From positions 37,108 to 101,107 of the IMG/VR virus record IMGVR_UViG_3300028591_000136: a DNA stretch of 64,000 bases; one strand, given 5' to 3'. A program made the position numbers and the translations under genes. This document shows, one piece after another, positions 19,730 through 30,022 of this stretch. The DNA is from a virus. Lineage: Duplodnaviria > Caudoviricetes. Within the stretch, counting starts at the first letter, position 1. Each line of letters opens with the position of its first letter. A model generated the notes under the pieces. That model was not told the DNA's origin. It saw only the letters and a list, made by a program, of their open reading frames with translations, and searched no databases.

Positions 19730-20381
19730 GCACGCTATAGTAATATTATATTCAGGCGCAGATCGTGATCCTGGGTATGATGTGATTGAGAGTATTGCTA
19801 GTGTTATAACACAAGCAGGATTAGCTGTACCTGAACTGATAGAAATTAAACATTTCAACTCAGATTCTATTGGTAAAGCATTGCTTACGAAGAGCGCTGA
19901 AGATTCGAAGATCTCTTTTACAAAAAATCTTGATGCAAAGAAAGTATGCATTACACTTGATACACAAGATTGCGAAAACAAACTCCAAGTTGTAAAATGT
20001 ATTAAGGAATTCCTTGATTGTGGTCTTAAAGAGGCAAAGGATATGTTCGATTGTGGCAAGGTTTATATTCCTAAATCCTGGACCGATAACAGAATCTATG
20101 CCTTTATAGAAGACCTTCACATCCACAAAGCCGCTGTAACAAGCGGCATAGAAGACATTGCTATGATACAGGCAGCTATCTTCTTGAACGGTACTTATCG
20201 TACAAAAGACAGTATCATTTTCGTGAGAGATTTTGCTGCAGCAACGTATCACTTTCATACCAATGGTGCTAATGAAGAAGAACGAGCGTTGTTGACAGCT
20301 GTTGAATTGGTTAAAAACAATCCAAAAAGCGCCGTTAGGTGGGTATCATCAGAGTTAGTAAACGTAATCAACTCGTTGTAG
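19722..20381 (+). CDS. Protein containing a ribosomal L7/L12 C-terminal-like domain
   Basis: ENKLQVVKCIKEFLDCGLKEAKDMFD resembles the L7/L12 signature K..VIK.VR..TGLGLKEAKDLV. Confidence 0.7.
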   Translation: MNKHAIVILYSGADRDPGYDVIESIASVITQAGLAVPELIEIKHFNSDSIGKALLTKSAEDSKISFTKNLDAKKVCITLDTQDCENKLQVVKCIKEFLDCGLKEAKDMFDCGKVYIPKSWTDNRIYAFIEDLHIHKAAVTSGIEDIAMIQAAIFLNGTYRTKDSIIFVRDFAAATYHFHTNGANEEERALLTAVELVKNNPKSAVRWVSSELVNVINSL

Positions 20382-20382
20382 T

Positions 20383-20517
20383 ATGTGTTGGCATCAAGAT
20401 TATCGTACGGGTAAAACAGTTCGTTATAAGGCGTCTGACAAGTCAAAACACGCTAATGCTGTTCCCTACAAACGTGCTGAAAAGCATAAAATGTCCACTA
20501 AGGACTATGTTCAATAA
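20383..20517 (+). CDS. Small basic hypothetical protein (44 aa)
   Basis: Fills the operon gap; ATG 20383 to TAA. Confidence 0.5.
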   Translation: MCWHQDYRTGKTVRYKASDKSKHANAVPYKRAEKHKMSTKDYVQ

Positions 20518-20551
20518 ACTTTAAGTTAAACAATTAAAACATTTATCAAAA

Positions 20552-21208
20552 ATGACAGACAAAACAAAAAAGGAGACAAAACCTGTAGTATTAACACAAG
20601 ACAACGTCATCGAACAGGCTAAAGCTGGTAACATCATGACCACTGACATGGTCAACAAGATGAACGAAGAGTTAAAAGATGAGCAGAACAAACAAGTAAT
20701 TGCTGAAACCAAGCGTCGTTACACCAAGATTGCATATGTTCGCAGCATGTCTTTGGTGCACAAGCGTAAGTCATCAGACTATGATAACATGAGCACGTAC
20801 AATATACGTCAGCTCGGTCGTCTGGAGAGATTCTTGTGTGGTTTTGTAGTAACCGACATCATCGTCGACGAGTTTGCTCGTACGAAGGATGATATCCTTG
20901 AGCTGGAGGTGCTTGATGAGAAGAAGAAGACTCTTACCATCAAGATTCCTAACGCTGATGGCAAGCGTGAGGCTAAAGAATTCAAAGTCGGTGATAGCGT
21001 TCCTCCTGTGATCAGCTATATCGAGTTCGACGAAGCCGTCGAGAAGCTCGAGAAGAAGCTGCGTGAGAAACGCACGGAAATCGAGAATAAGCACACCGAA
21101 GAGGTTAAGACCATCAAGCAGGCAGCTGGTGAATACTACTGCAGCGACTGGTCATACAACCTTAAGATTGTGACTATGGACGGTTTCCAGAGTGCTCGTG
21201 GTTGGTAA
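20552..21208 (+). CDS. Hypothetical protein (codon bias suggests high expression)
   Basis: 218-aa ORF. Confidence 0.85.
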   Translation: MTDKTKKETKPVVLTQDNVIEQAKAGNIMTTDMVNKMNEELKDEQNKQVIAETKRRYTKIAYVRSMSLVHKRKSSDYDNMSTYNIRQLGRLERFLCGFVVTDIIVDEFARTKDDILELEVLDEKKKTLTIKIPNADGKREAKEFKVGDSVPPVISYIEFDEAVEKLEKKLREKRTEIENKHTEEVKTIKQAAGEYYCSDWSYNLKIVTMDGFQSARGW

Positions 21209-21227
21209 CCACAGTGATTCACTTATC

Positions 21228-21565
21228 CACACAGTTCGAGCCTAGAGCCAATACTGTGTAAAACAGAGAATGCAGACTACGTTATGGATAATCCGTATAA
21301 TACAGTGAAGTGGGTATTGCACCGTGATTCTTCCAAGCATTAGTACGGTAGGGTATCGACACTCGCATTCAACAAATTGTAGAATTAACTACACATACTA
21401 AAGAGCCTAGAGCCATGTATGGGATAAAAACGCCGTCCACACGGTGTAAAATATGTGGTCATTTGATCAAAATCACGAATCATGTTGAGCCTTGAGCCAA
21501 CATTATGTTGCATGATGATTTCAAGAATGCAGATATGACCTATTTCCGAGCCTTGAGCCAGCATT
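21228..21565 (+). repeat. Array of four GAGCCTWGAGCCA motifs, mostly in hairpin loops (candidate sponge sRNA)
   Basis: Copies at 21238, 21403, 21487 and 21548. Flanking stems CACAGT/ACTGTG, CATAC/GTATG and ATGTTG/CAACAT. Confidence 0.75.
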
Positions 21566-21732
21566 TAGACCACCATATCACCTAATTTTAAGGTTTCAAG
21601 AAAAGCCTTTCTAAGCGTTTTTAAAGCTTGAGTGGATTAGCTACCCACGAGAGTAGAGAAAATGTCTCAGAGAGCCTAGAAATGGCCTTAAATCGAATGT
21701 TTTGACTGATCATCTTAACATTCACAACAAGA

Positions 21733-22010
21733 ATCTTAGCGTGTCCCAGGATACGTCGTTCGGACGGGGGTTCGATTCCCCCCAGGTCCACCTGTACGGT
21801 TCTTTTACGTAGCGACCGATGGGTACAGCCGGTGAATTTTCTACCTAAAAAGAAAAGCTACAATCCGGGCTTGAATGGTTTAGACGGCGACAGAAAGTAA
21901 GACATTAAGCGCTTTGATATAAAAATTAACTGGCAATATTAAAATTGCAGACTACACGGGTCTCAAGGAGGCAGCGTGAAGTCGGTGTACAGGCTACCTA
22001 AGTGCCTGTG
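21733..22010 (+). ncRNA. ssrA: Circularly permuted (two-piece) tmRNA; tag (A)GNIKIADYTGLKEAA*
   Basis: The 3' end GGAC-GGGGG-TTCGATT-CCCCC-CAGGTCC-ACC (21762-21792) precedes the 5' end GGGCTTGAATGGTTTAGACGGCGAC (21867). G3:U70 acceptor pair. TAACT resume motif, then tag frame 21932-21979 ending AA-stop. Outer ends are approximate. Confidence 0.85.
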
Positions 22011-22016
22011 AAACGA

Positions 22017-22091
22017 GAATGAGTTGAGTGAGAGGATAACTGTCCTGCAGCTTTGCCGGATCACGTGGGTTCGAATCCCACACTCATTCCA
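22017..22091 (+). ncRNA. tRNA-like element with non-canonical D and anticodon arms
   Basis: 8-bp acceptor GAATGAGT/ACTCATTC and T-arm GTGGG-TTCGAAT-CCCAC; no standard 7-nt anticodon loop. Confidence 0.55.
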
Positions 22092-22190
22092 AGCGCGAGA
22101 GCGTGATTTGGTATCCTTTGGCATAATACAACAAATTGTTTTTTTAGTTATTTAAGGAATGATTTCTAGCCCTACGGTGGTAGGGCATCT

Positions 22191-22264
22191 GGACTTGTAG
22201 CTCAGCTGGTTAGAGCACATGACTCATAATCATGGGGTCCCAGGTTCAAACCCTGGCTGGTCCA
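22191..22264 (+). tRNA. tRNA(CAT), Ile2- or elongator Met-type
   Basis: Anticodon arm CATGA-CTCATAA-TCATG with canonical D and T arms. Confidence 0.9.
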
Positions 22265-22363
22265 CGAGTTTTATTACCTATTCTCATTAAAACAACGGGT
22301 AACTCTACATTTCGAGGGCAAAATGCGCGTGGCCACATTCAAGCGAAATAATGTGGCATGCTT

Positions 22364-22437
22364 GGTTCCTTAGCTCAGCTGGATAGAGCATGACACTTCT
22401 AATGTCAGGGTCAAAGGTTCGAATCCTTTAGGAATCA
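22364..22437 (+). tRNA. tRNA-Arg(TCT)
   Basis: TGACA-CTTCTAA-TGTCA; canonical cloverleaf. Confidence 0.92.
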
Positions 22438-22439
22438 CT

Positions 22440-22973
22440 ATGAAAAAATTAGGATATCGAGAAATGTTACGGGACAGATGTCCCAAAGTTGTTAGTCATG
22501 CTCTCAAATGGCAAAAAGCCAAAGAGAAATGGATTGACCATGTGTATTCTTATTTTGTTAAAATACTTGGCGATGAAGTCGACATTGATGATAAGATTGT
22601 AAAAACAGCAAAAGATAACAAACGAACTGTTATTAGCTTCTTATTAGGAATGAAGAAAGGAAAAATCAAGAATTTTAACTTTAAGAATACAATTGATTGG
22701 GACAACTTATCAGATGAAGAGACTAAATATTGGGAAACGGTCTCAACATGGGTAAGATGGTTCAGTACTAAGTATGGGTATATAGAAAACCTATACGATA
22801 TCTCTAAAAAGGTAGGTAAAGATGAAGAGACTATTAAAATCGAAATCATCAATAGCTATCTTGGTGCACTAATGCCGTCTCGCGACGCACCTGAGGAGGA
22901 AAAACAAGCTAAATATAATTATGTAGATAGATTTGTTGAATTCTTAATTAGGTGTTTTGAAGGAAAAATATGA
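22440..22973 (+). CDS. Hypothetical protein
   Basis: 177-aa ORF starting 2 nt after tRNA-Arg. Confidence 0.8.
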   Translation: MKKLGYREMLRDRCPKVVSHALKWQKAKEKWIDHVYSYFVKILGDEVDIDDKIVKTAKDNKRTVISFLLGMKKGKIKNFNFKNTIDWDNLSDEETKYWETVSTWVRWFSTKYGYIENLYDISKKVGKDEETIKIEIINSYLGALMPSRDAPEEEKQAKYNYVDRFVEFLIRCFEGKI

Positions 22974-23395
22974 TTAGTGTATATTCCCACTATTTAGACC
23001 CCATAGACGGGGAAACTGATGCATTTGAAAAACCTAGTACTACAATATGCAGGCTACGTAACGCATACAATCAAGGCGTAGAAGGTATATTACAAAATGC
23101 TAGAGTTTTTGCATTGAACGATGGCGAAATTGATGATGAAATTTTATATGAAGTTTGGAGGAATGAATATCTTCATGATATACTAATGTGGATAAACAAG
23201 AAAATTGTAATCTTATTAGATATTGCTGATTATCGAACCATAGGTGTTCGAATGCGTATTGCGATCGGTAGACTAAACAAATTAGTCTATGAAGGTAAAT
23301 TATCTGAAAAATTGAGTAGAAAAATTCACTACAATTTCGTGACTACAATTAACGGAGAAATCTCAGCTATAAATACTGAAGATTTACCGTTTTAG
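22970..23395 (+). CDS. Hypothetical protein with SSB-like EDLPF tail
   Basis: 141-aa ORF. Confidence 0.75.
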   Translation: MISVYSHYLDPIDGETDAFEKPSTTICRLRNAYNQGVEGILQNARVFALNDGEIDDEILYEVWRNEYLHDILMWINKKIVILLDIADYRTIGVRMRIAIGRLNKLVYEGKLSEKLSRKIHYNFVTTINGEISAINTEDLPF

Positions 23396-23598
23396 GGCTG
23401 ACAACTTAATCTGGATTAGTATTCCAGCAGCCCGCAATACTTGACGAGGGTGGGTGGAATAAATCTCTCACACAGTACTGAGAGGCAGTAGGCACCACTA
23501 TGGTAGGTAGTACGAAAGTGGAGTGTAGTCAAGTAAACTTATACAGCACCGTCTGTTACGCGAGTGACACGCTAATAACCGGTAAAATTGTTTTGATT

Positions 23599-24156
23599 AT
23601 GAACCCACGTATTACCCCAGAGGAGGTTGGGATAATCAAAAGAGCGCAAGCAGGTGATGAACTTGCTTTTAATGCACTTTATCATAGGTACAAAGGATTC
23701 GTGGAAAATCTCCTTTTTCATTATCTTAAAGATATGGATGAGGCCAAGGAAATTGCAAATGTAGTTTTCTTAAAAGTGCATGAGAAACTCTCTAAGTTCA
23801 CAGCTTATGACTCCTTTGGAGGATGGCTGAGAATTTTAACAAATCGAACTGCTATCGATTATCTTCGTAGTATAAAGAACAAGCAAACAGCTTCTGACGT
23901 GAAAGAAGAACGACTTACTTCTGACATTCAGGGTTCTACAGAAAATGATCTAGTCAATCATTTGACCTATAAAGCTTTGTTGCGTGAATTCTTAACGTTT
24001 CCAGAGGTCACTCGTAAGATCTTTGAACGTTTCTACATTGATAATATGACAGTAGAAGAGATTAGTGAGTCGTTCAATCCTAAAATCCCAACTGGAACTA
24101 TTAAGTCAACGTTGTCTAGGACTAGACGAAAATTGAAAAAACGTTTAAAACTCTAA
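23599..24156 (+). CDS. ECF-type sigma-70 factor
   Basis: AQAGDELAFNALYHRY; region 2 EAKEIANVVFLKV...FGGWLRILTNRTAIDYLR; region 4 MTVEEIS...TGTIKSTLSRTRRKL. Start at 23599 preferred over 23500. Confidence 0.92.
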   Translation: MNPRITPEEVGIIKRAQAGDELAFNALYHRYKGFVENLLFHYLKDMDEAKEIANVVFLKVHEKLSKFTAYDSFGGWLRILTNRTAIDYLRSIKNKQTASDVKEERLTSDIQGSTENDLVNHLTYKALLREFLTFPEVTRKIFERFYIDNMTVEEISESFNPKIPTGTIKSTLSRTRRKLKKRLKL

Positions 24157-24160
24157 GAAA

Positions 24161-24571
24161 ATGACATTAGCTTTGTTCATTTTTGCGATTGCACTTGCTC
24201 TTGGTATAGCTCGCTATAACAATAGCAACAAGCTATTTTGGACGTTATTGACGTGCTTTATACTTGGCATCGCATGCACTAAGATTGTCCATGACACTCT
24301 TAGTGAGAAGGAACAGAGTGAACAGTCGCTCGATCAGGCGTATCCCACACAGGGGTTAGCAGTTACGGGGAACACATTTATGTTGTTCACAAATCCCGAT
24401 AACTGTTTAACAGACGTGAAGGTAACTTCAAAACCTGTGAGTCAGGCTATTACGCCTGATTATATCGAGTTACTGAACACTCTAAGTAATGTCTCTGGGG
24501 TGACTCAGGGATTATATCTTCATACCCTACCTAACCCACCAAATAAGGTAGAACTCGTAGATACATCATGA
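24161..24571 (+). CDS. Membrane protein downstream of the sigma factor
   Basis: Two N-terminal TM helices. Confidence 0.75.
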   Translation: MTLALFIFAIALALGIARYNNSNKLFWTLLTCFILGIACTKIVHDTLSEKEQSEQSLDQAYPTQGLAVTGNTFMLFTNPDNCLTDVKVTSKPVSQAITPDYIELLNTLSNVSGVTQGLYLHTLPNPPNKVELVDTS

Positions 24572-24654
24572 AAATATCTATATGAAGAAAATATAGGTCA
24601 CAGTTAAGTAGTTTGACCGGCTACAAGTAAATAATTCTAAATCACATTATCAAA

Positions 24655-26079
24655 ATGGGAAATAACAAAAAATCTGCAGCTCAGAAGGCAGCAGAACAGC
24701 AGGCAGCTGCACAGCAGGCTCCTGCAGAAGGAAAGGTAGAAATGCCTACCACAAATGTAAACCCTCAAACAAAGGGTCTTACACAGGGCGAGAAGGTTGC
24801 TTATCTAGGTGCTCTCCAGACGGAGCGTGCTTATATGATGAACAACATAGAGAAGCCCTCTAAGGTGTTTATCGATGGTCTCACTATGCTTGCTCATGCA
24901 ACTATCATCGATATTGGTATTGGTGAGATAGCTACTGGCTGTAGCGCAGTTGGTTATATCTCAACCATCAACGAGCAGAATTACGGTTTCTTCCGTGATA
25001 TGGCTGCTGAGATGGGTGTGAAATTGCCAGAGTTCAAAGCTCTACCTGCTCCCACAGAGGAACAGTTGCAGAAAGCCGGTATCGCTGGTATTTTGCCCAA
25101 TGCTAAGATGATTACCATTGGCAAGAATAACGTTGAAAAGAGCGTTATTGACAAGAAGAAGGAAGAAATTCGTGCTACCGAAAAGGCCGTCGAGAACCCA
25201 GCCGACGTAAAGAGCGATGAGCAGCTGAAAGCCTCTCTTACAGCTATGCTTATCAAGCCAGTAGGTAACGACGAAGCAAACAAGAACAGACCTGATCCTC
25301 GTGTTCAGCGTACTATCAACTTCTATAATGGTTATCTGACTATTCAGGCTAACAACGCCGAGAATAAGGAGGAAGCCTTGAAGAAGGTGAAGGAGAAGAG
25401 CCGCATTCAGCTGCTCACTGAGATTTCGGAGATTGTAGGTCCATGTCCGTTCGCTCTGAGCGGTATTGCCAAGTTTCTTCGAAACCGTGCCTTTGAGACC
25501 GGTTCTCCTATCTCATCTTACTGCTTCTATCGTCGTTGTGCCATTGAAAAGGGTAAGGATGCCGATGATCAGTACGTGGCTGACCTGGTTCGCACCATTC
25601 TAGTATGGTCTTGTAAGAGTAATATCGCAGAGTTTAATAAGCTTCTCGAGACTCAGGAAAAGAACGTAAAGAATGAGAAGGGTGCTGCTAAGACAGCTAC
25701 TGAGTCCGCTATTCGTTACAATAAGACTCAGATTGAGGAGATGAAGCGCATCATCGATGAGGTTTCTGAACCTAACTTCGATTGTGTTGATTCTCTGATT
25801 GAGGATTATAACAGCGATGAAAAGAGCGAGAAGTACAGATTGTCTCATCGTGTTGTAGATGATATTATGAAGACATATTATCCTGAGGTGGATCGCACCA
25901 AGGTTGATGAAATGTCTATGCTCGCAGCTGTTCAGCAGCGTGCTGGTATCATCATCAATATGTTCCGCAGTCCTCTCAACCAGAATCAGGCATATTGTGA
26001 GGCTAATCTCAGCAATATTGTCGAGAAGAAGGTTGAAGAGAAACCTGCAGAAAGTGCTGAGGGTGAGTCAAAAAACTGA
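24655..26079 (+). CDS. Large hypothetical protein (474 aa, high-expression codon bias)
   Basis: Long TAG-free ORF. Confidence 0.85.
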   Translation: MGNNKKSAAQKAAEQQAAAQQAPAEGKVEMPTTNVNPQTKGLTQGEKVAYLGALQTERAYMMNNIEKPSKVFIDGLTMLAHATIIDIGIGEIATGCSAVGYISTINEQNYGFFRDMAAEMGVKLPEFKALPAPTEEQLQKAGIAGILPNAKMITIGKNNVEKSVIDKKKEEIRATEKAVENPADVKSDEQLKASLTAMLIKPVGNDEANKNRPDPRVQRTINFYNGYLTIQANNAENKEEALKKVKEKSRIQLLTEISEIVGPCPFALSGIAKFLRNRAFETGSPISSYCFYRRCAIEKGKDADDQYVADLVRTILVWSCKSNIAEFNKLLETQEKNVKNEKGAAKTATESAIRYNKTQIEEMKRIIDEVSEPNFDCVDSLIEDYNSDEKSEKYRLSHRVVDDIMKTYYPEVDRTKVDEMSMLAAVQQRAGIIINMFRSPLNQNQAYCEANLSNIVEKKVEEKPAESAEGESKN

Positions 26080-26157
26080 TTAAGGTCCTCATAGACTGGT
26101 TTAAGGATATGTGGGACCGATACTACTGGCTTCATTGGTAATTTAAATCTATCAAAG

Positions 26158-26604
26158 ATGAAATACGTAATGACAATTTTGTGTTCCTTTGCATTTGCCA
26201 TCGCTGGTATATGCTTAGCAATACAGAATAATAGTAGCAGTCCTGGTTATAATCAGAATGCTATTCACGCATCTACGCTTCCCAAATATGGGACGCCAAA
26301 GTTGCCACTTGATCTCCAATTGGATTTGGAGAAGAAGTACTCTAAGACAGACACTGTGTATTTGCCTTCTGACACGGTGTTTGTAACGAAACAACAGAAG
26401 GCCAAACCTAAAGTCCGTAGAGCGCATACACTCAAATCGGCTTCGATGAGTCGTCAGAGTTTACGCAGTCCAGCGTATAATCCTGACTCCATTGTGAAAA
26501 ACAAAGTATGTGGGGATCGTGAGGAGCATACCCCAGACACTATTGGACTTCCTAAAAGTTCCATTATCCTCGTTGTCGACGGCGAGGAAGTCTACAAACG
26601 TTAA
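26158..26604 (+). CDS. Membrane-anchored or secreted hypothetical protein
   Basis: N-terminal hydrophobic helix; DTVY...DTVF repeats. Confidence 0.75.
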   Translation: MKYVMTILCSFAFAIAGICLAIQNNSSSPGYNQNAIHASTLPKYGTPKLPLDLQLDLEKKYSKTDTVYLPSDTVFVTKQQKAKPKVRRAHTLKSASMSRQSLRSPAYNPDSIVKNKVCGDREEHTPDTIGLPKSSIILVVDGEEVYKR

Positions 26605-28770
26605 TAGCTCCGCAGGGGGACAGTATGAGGATTTGTACTGTCCCACCCCGTTGGGGACCTGGTCAGCATTCGTCTAAGGAATTGGTCCCATTAGCCATAG
26701 AATGCGAAATAGTACAACTTGATCCGAGAATATGTCAGCCTTCTCAAAAGGTGAGAAACCCAAAAGGTAGGATGAAATGCTGCATTGTATACGTACTATA
26801 TACCGAAAAGTTTGCAGTAAGAGGACAGAGCGTTTGTATCAAGTCCTTTGGCCATTGAGAACCGTCTGGAGAATGGGTGACCATAAAAACGCGTAAGTCG
26901 CAAAAAGCGCAAAATGATGCCGTATTCGACATGCTATTCGATGATACATAAGAATAGTATAACGTTACAGGAGCCGCAACATTGAGTTTGAAGCCAATCC
27001 CTCAATGATGTATCAATAAGCTGTAGTCTAGTGTTCCACGTCTCCACAACGTGTATGAAGGGATGAAAAATATCTGAGCATATGTGCCTAGCAGAAGGTT
27101 TGACTGTCTGCGCTGTACCGTAACTATGGTCCTTTTAAGAGTCCTTGCAGTTCGATTCTGCACAACTCCGTTGAAGGGGTGCCAGGGATGGGGTATAAAG
27201 GAAAATGTGATGAAGATGACCGCCAGGCTTTAGTCGTTCAAGCGGGATATAAAAGTAAATGACTACAAGTGGATGCAACACTTAATTCGTAAGGTTCTGG
27301 AGCCTACGATACGCGGATGAAGCGCGCGGAGAAACGCTATTTCAATTGAGGATGAGCACTGGTAAGCGAGTGTTATGTTCGAAGTAGGAAATGCTTTTGG
27401 GTGACTCCCTGACAGTCAAAATTCTTATCCCAGTGGTCGATTCGAAGCCTGTACATTCCAGTATAGAGAGAGATCGCTACTGTCAAAAACATTAAATAAT
27501 TAGATGATTACCTTATGTTGCTAAATCACCATTCCCTACAGAGTATTAAGCTGGTATATTAGGTGTGAATAACATATCGTATGGAGTAGATTCTAAGTAA
27601 AAAGATGTGAGTAGAGAACAATCCTTTTATAGTGTTTTTGCACTTTATAATTAACATGTTTAACAAAAATTGATGTCCCCTGGCTGGGAGAAAATAAAGT
27701 GTAAGCCGAAGACCCCGTTTGTAATGTTTGTGGGTGCTTTCACGCCAGAAATCGAGTGCCAACCGTTCCTGAGAAGCAAATTGACAAGATGAATCCTGTT
27801 TGAGTATGGACTGCAAATCCATATGATCGGCAGAGACCATGAAGTCGTATACATTTAATCGATGGGCAGCTTATCGTGAAATTAGTAGCCACCTCCTTGT
27901 CTCGGAGGGGTAAAGAGAATGAGTAATTAGTCTGTCGAAAGACAGTTCGCTGATGAAAAGGATTCGGTGAATATGAATCTTTAAGTGGGTGACAAGAAGC
28001 GATGTATGAGGTGGAATTCCTCCAGTATTCGTGCACTATAAACAAATGAGGATGAGCAAACATCCAACAGAAGTAATTAAAGCCGTAGGGTCTGAGAAGA
28101 GTTTTGGAGCTCTGAGATCGTCCGATAACGAAACGTACTCCTCACGTACACCACACGCAAGGTGTATAAAAGCAGGAAAAGGTAAACAGTTAGTATACGC
28201 CTTAAAGTATGCAACATCAGAGAAAATCTGTGGTTAAGTAACAATCACGGTAGTTATTCGTTTTTGTTTCTGGGAATTACACTAACGAAGAAATACCAAC
28301 TTTTGTGGGCGCTGATATGTACTATGAGCATTAGTTGGCTTTGCCAAAATTTTGTCAACGTACATTGAGGCATTGTAATATTGGATTTAGTACGTAAGGA
28401 AAGTATTCAATAAATGTTTTACGAAAAATAAACATCAATAAGATATGACTCAAGTAAACTTAGTGTTTGATTACACAAATTCAGCATTCAAAGCTTTGGG
28501 TTCTATTAATGATGATGGGCCTGGATAATCCTACCGTTGGATTCCCGTTATACGAGTTGAGCTTCATGTAAAGGAATATAGAAGTATAACTAGTCATTGA
28601 TAAAAGCGTTGCTTCCCATTAGCACAGCAACTGAGAAATAAGTTGAACAAGCGCATCCTTGAGAGCCTTGAGCCGGATGTAAAATATTTTCAAGGTTAAC
28701 CTACACCGTAGAAGTAGGAAGTAAATAATCTTATCGTTGGTGGATCAACCACGATATCAAAAAGGATAAG
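26605..28770 (+). ncRNA. ~2.1 kb hairpin-dense non-coding tract (candidate large ornate RNA or RNAs)
   Basis: No convincing protein ORF and more than 20 visible stems, several with GAAA or T-loop-like loops. Confidence 0.5.
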
Positions 28771-28775
28771 AATAA

Positions 28776-29432
28776 ATGAGTAAAAACGTAGAAATTAACC
28801 TCAATGAGGTTATTGCGAATACTCGCCAATCAGCGAGTTTCATTGGAAGTCTTCTTGGTAAGACTTTTGGTAAGGTAGAATGTCAGATGACATGGCCTGG
28901 TGGTAAAGACAAGTTTGAAGAGGCAAAGAACATTGCAGCAGCCAGCAACTCACTGATGCTCAATATGTCTCCTCGTCGTTATACCATCCGTCTGATCGAC
29001 ATCAAGGGTGTGAACTATGTAACAGAGGGTCTGGGTGATTCCCAGCATGTTGCTATTGCTGTTAACCTGAAGGCGAACGGTGAGAGCGACTTCAAGTGTC
29101 CTCTGAACGGTGTGAACCCCGTCGTTGTTGAGAAGTCAATGCGCGATGCTATTAACGACGCTCTGAAGGGTACTGGTAAGAACTTCTTCGTCGCAGTTGA
29201 CGAGGCCGTTAGCTGCCTGAATGAGGCTAATAAGAGCACTCTGAGTGAGATTGATGCTCTCATCAAGACCTTGCAGGGTCAGCGCCAGTCTGTAGAGACC
29301 GCTATTACGGAGAATCTTCGTAAGGCCTCTGAGTATAAGCGCCAGTGGAACGAGTCGAAGGTTGAAAACCTTGACTTGAAGACAGATGGTGTTAACGACG
29401 CAGTTATTAACGTTCATACTACCGACGAATAG
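28776..29432 (+). CDS. Hypothetical protein
   Basis: 218-aa ORF with strong codon bias. Confidence 0.85.
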   Translation: MSKNVEINLNEVIANTRQSASFIGSLLGKTFGKVECQMTWPGGKDKFEEAKNIAAASNSLMLNMSPRRYTIRLIDIKGVNYVTEGLGDSQHVAIAVNLKANGESDFKCPLNGVNPVVVEKSMRDAINDALKGTGKNFFVAVDEAVSCLNEANKSTLSEIDALIKTLQGQRQSVETAITENLRKASEYKRQWNESKVENLDLKTDGVNDAVINVHTTDE

Positions 29433-29434
29433 TC

Positions 29435-30022
29435 ATGAAGACAGCCCTCACAATGGAATCCATAAAATATATGGAGATCCTAATGTGCAATGAAACTATT
29501 GCCAACAAAGTTAAAGCCGCTGGCAAAGAGGGCAGATCATACAAATCCTATCGTATAGACGACACAGACGGAACTGTAACGTTGGGTGAAACTACGTTTT
29601 GGTTCTGGAATCAGCTAATCGGATGTAAGCGTGAACTTACGTTCGAAAGTTGGGCACTCGCTGTATGGGATGCCCTTGTAGACCTTTCCTCTGGTATAAA
29701 TGCGAAAGCATTGGAGGAAGGTTTAAGTGTTGAAATCGCTAAAGAAGCGCAGCGTGAGGAGAAGTACAACGATGTAGTATCACGTCTTCATACTTGCTAT
29801 AAACATGTGTGTAACGGTGACGGACAATCGTCTCTTGCGGGAGACCAGAGGAAGTCAGGCTCAAGGGTTGTAGTTACCGAAGCACCAGTTGATAGCGAAA
29901 CAAATGTGATACTAAACGTCAATGGAAAACATATCCACACGTATCGCCTTTTGGATGCAACTGGACGAGCATCTATCGATCTTGAATGTGGTATAATTGG
30001 AGCTCATATTAGCCGAGACTAA
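29435..30022 (+). CDS. Hypothetical protein
   Basis: 195-aa ORF. Confidence 0.8.
   Translation: MKTALTMESIKYMEILMCNETIANKVKAAGKEGRSYKSYRIDDTDGTVTLGETTFWFWNQLIGCKRELTFESWALAVWDALVDLSSGINAKALEEGLSVEIAKEAQREEKYNDVVSRLHTCYKHVCNGDGQSSLAGDQRKSGSRVVVTEAPVDSETNVILNVNGKHIHTYRLLDATGRASIDLECGIIGAHISRD

Noticed and set aside
21238-21560. CRISPR array
   Set aside because: The repeat is only 13 bp, spacing is irregular (165, 84 and 61 bp), and no cas genes are present.
21672-21690. Fifth copy of the GAGCC motif (GAGCCTAGAAATG)
   Set aside because: The second half is missing, and it pairs instead with 21604-21616 as part of a stem.
23500-23598. N-terminal extension of the sigma factor in the ORF track
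   Set aside because: Homology begins at MNPRIT (23599); the upstream part looks like structured leader.
27950-27990. Hammerhead ribozyme (CTGATGA followed by a stem)
   Set aside because: The required GAAA after stem II is absent, and no stem I/III with an NUH site was found.
26625-28237. Short ORFs in the non-coding island (26625, 26744, 27559, 27660, 27740, 28031)
   Set aside because: Non-protein-like composition, mixed strands and no typical start context.
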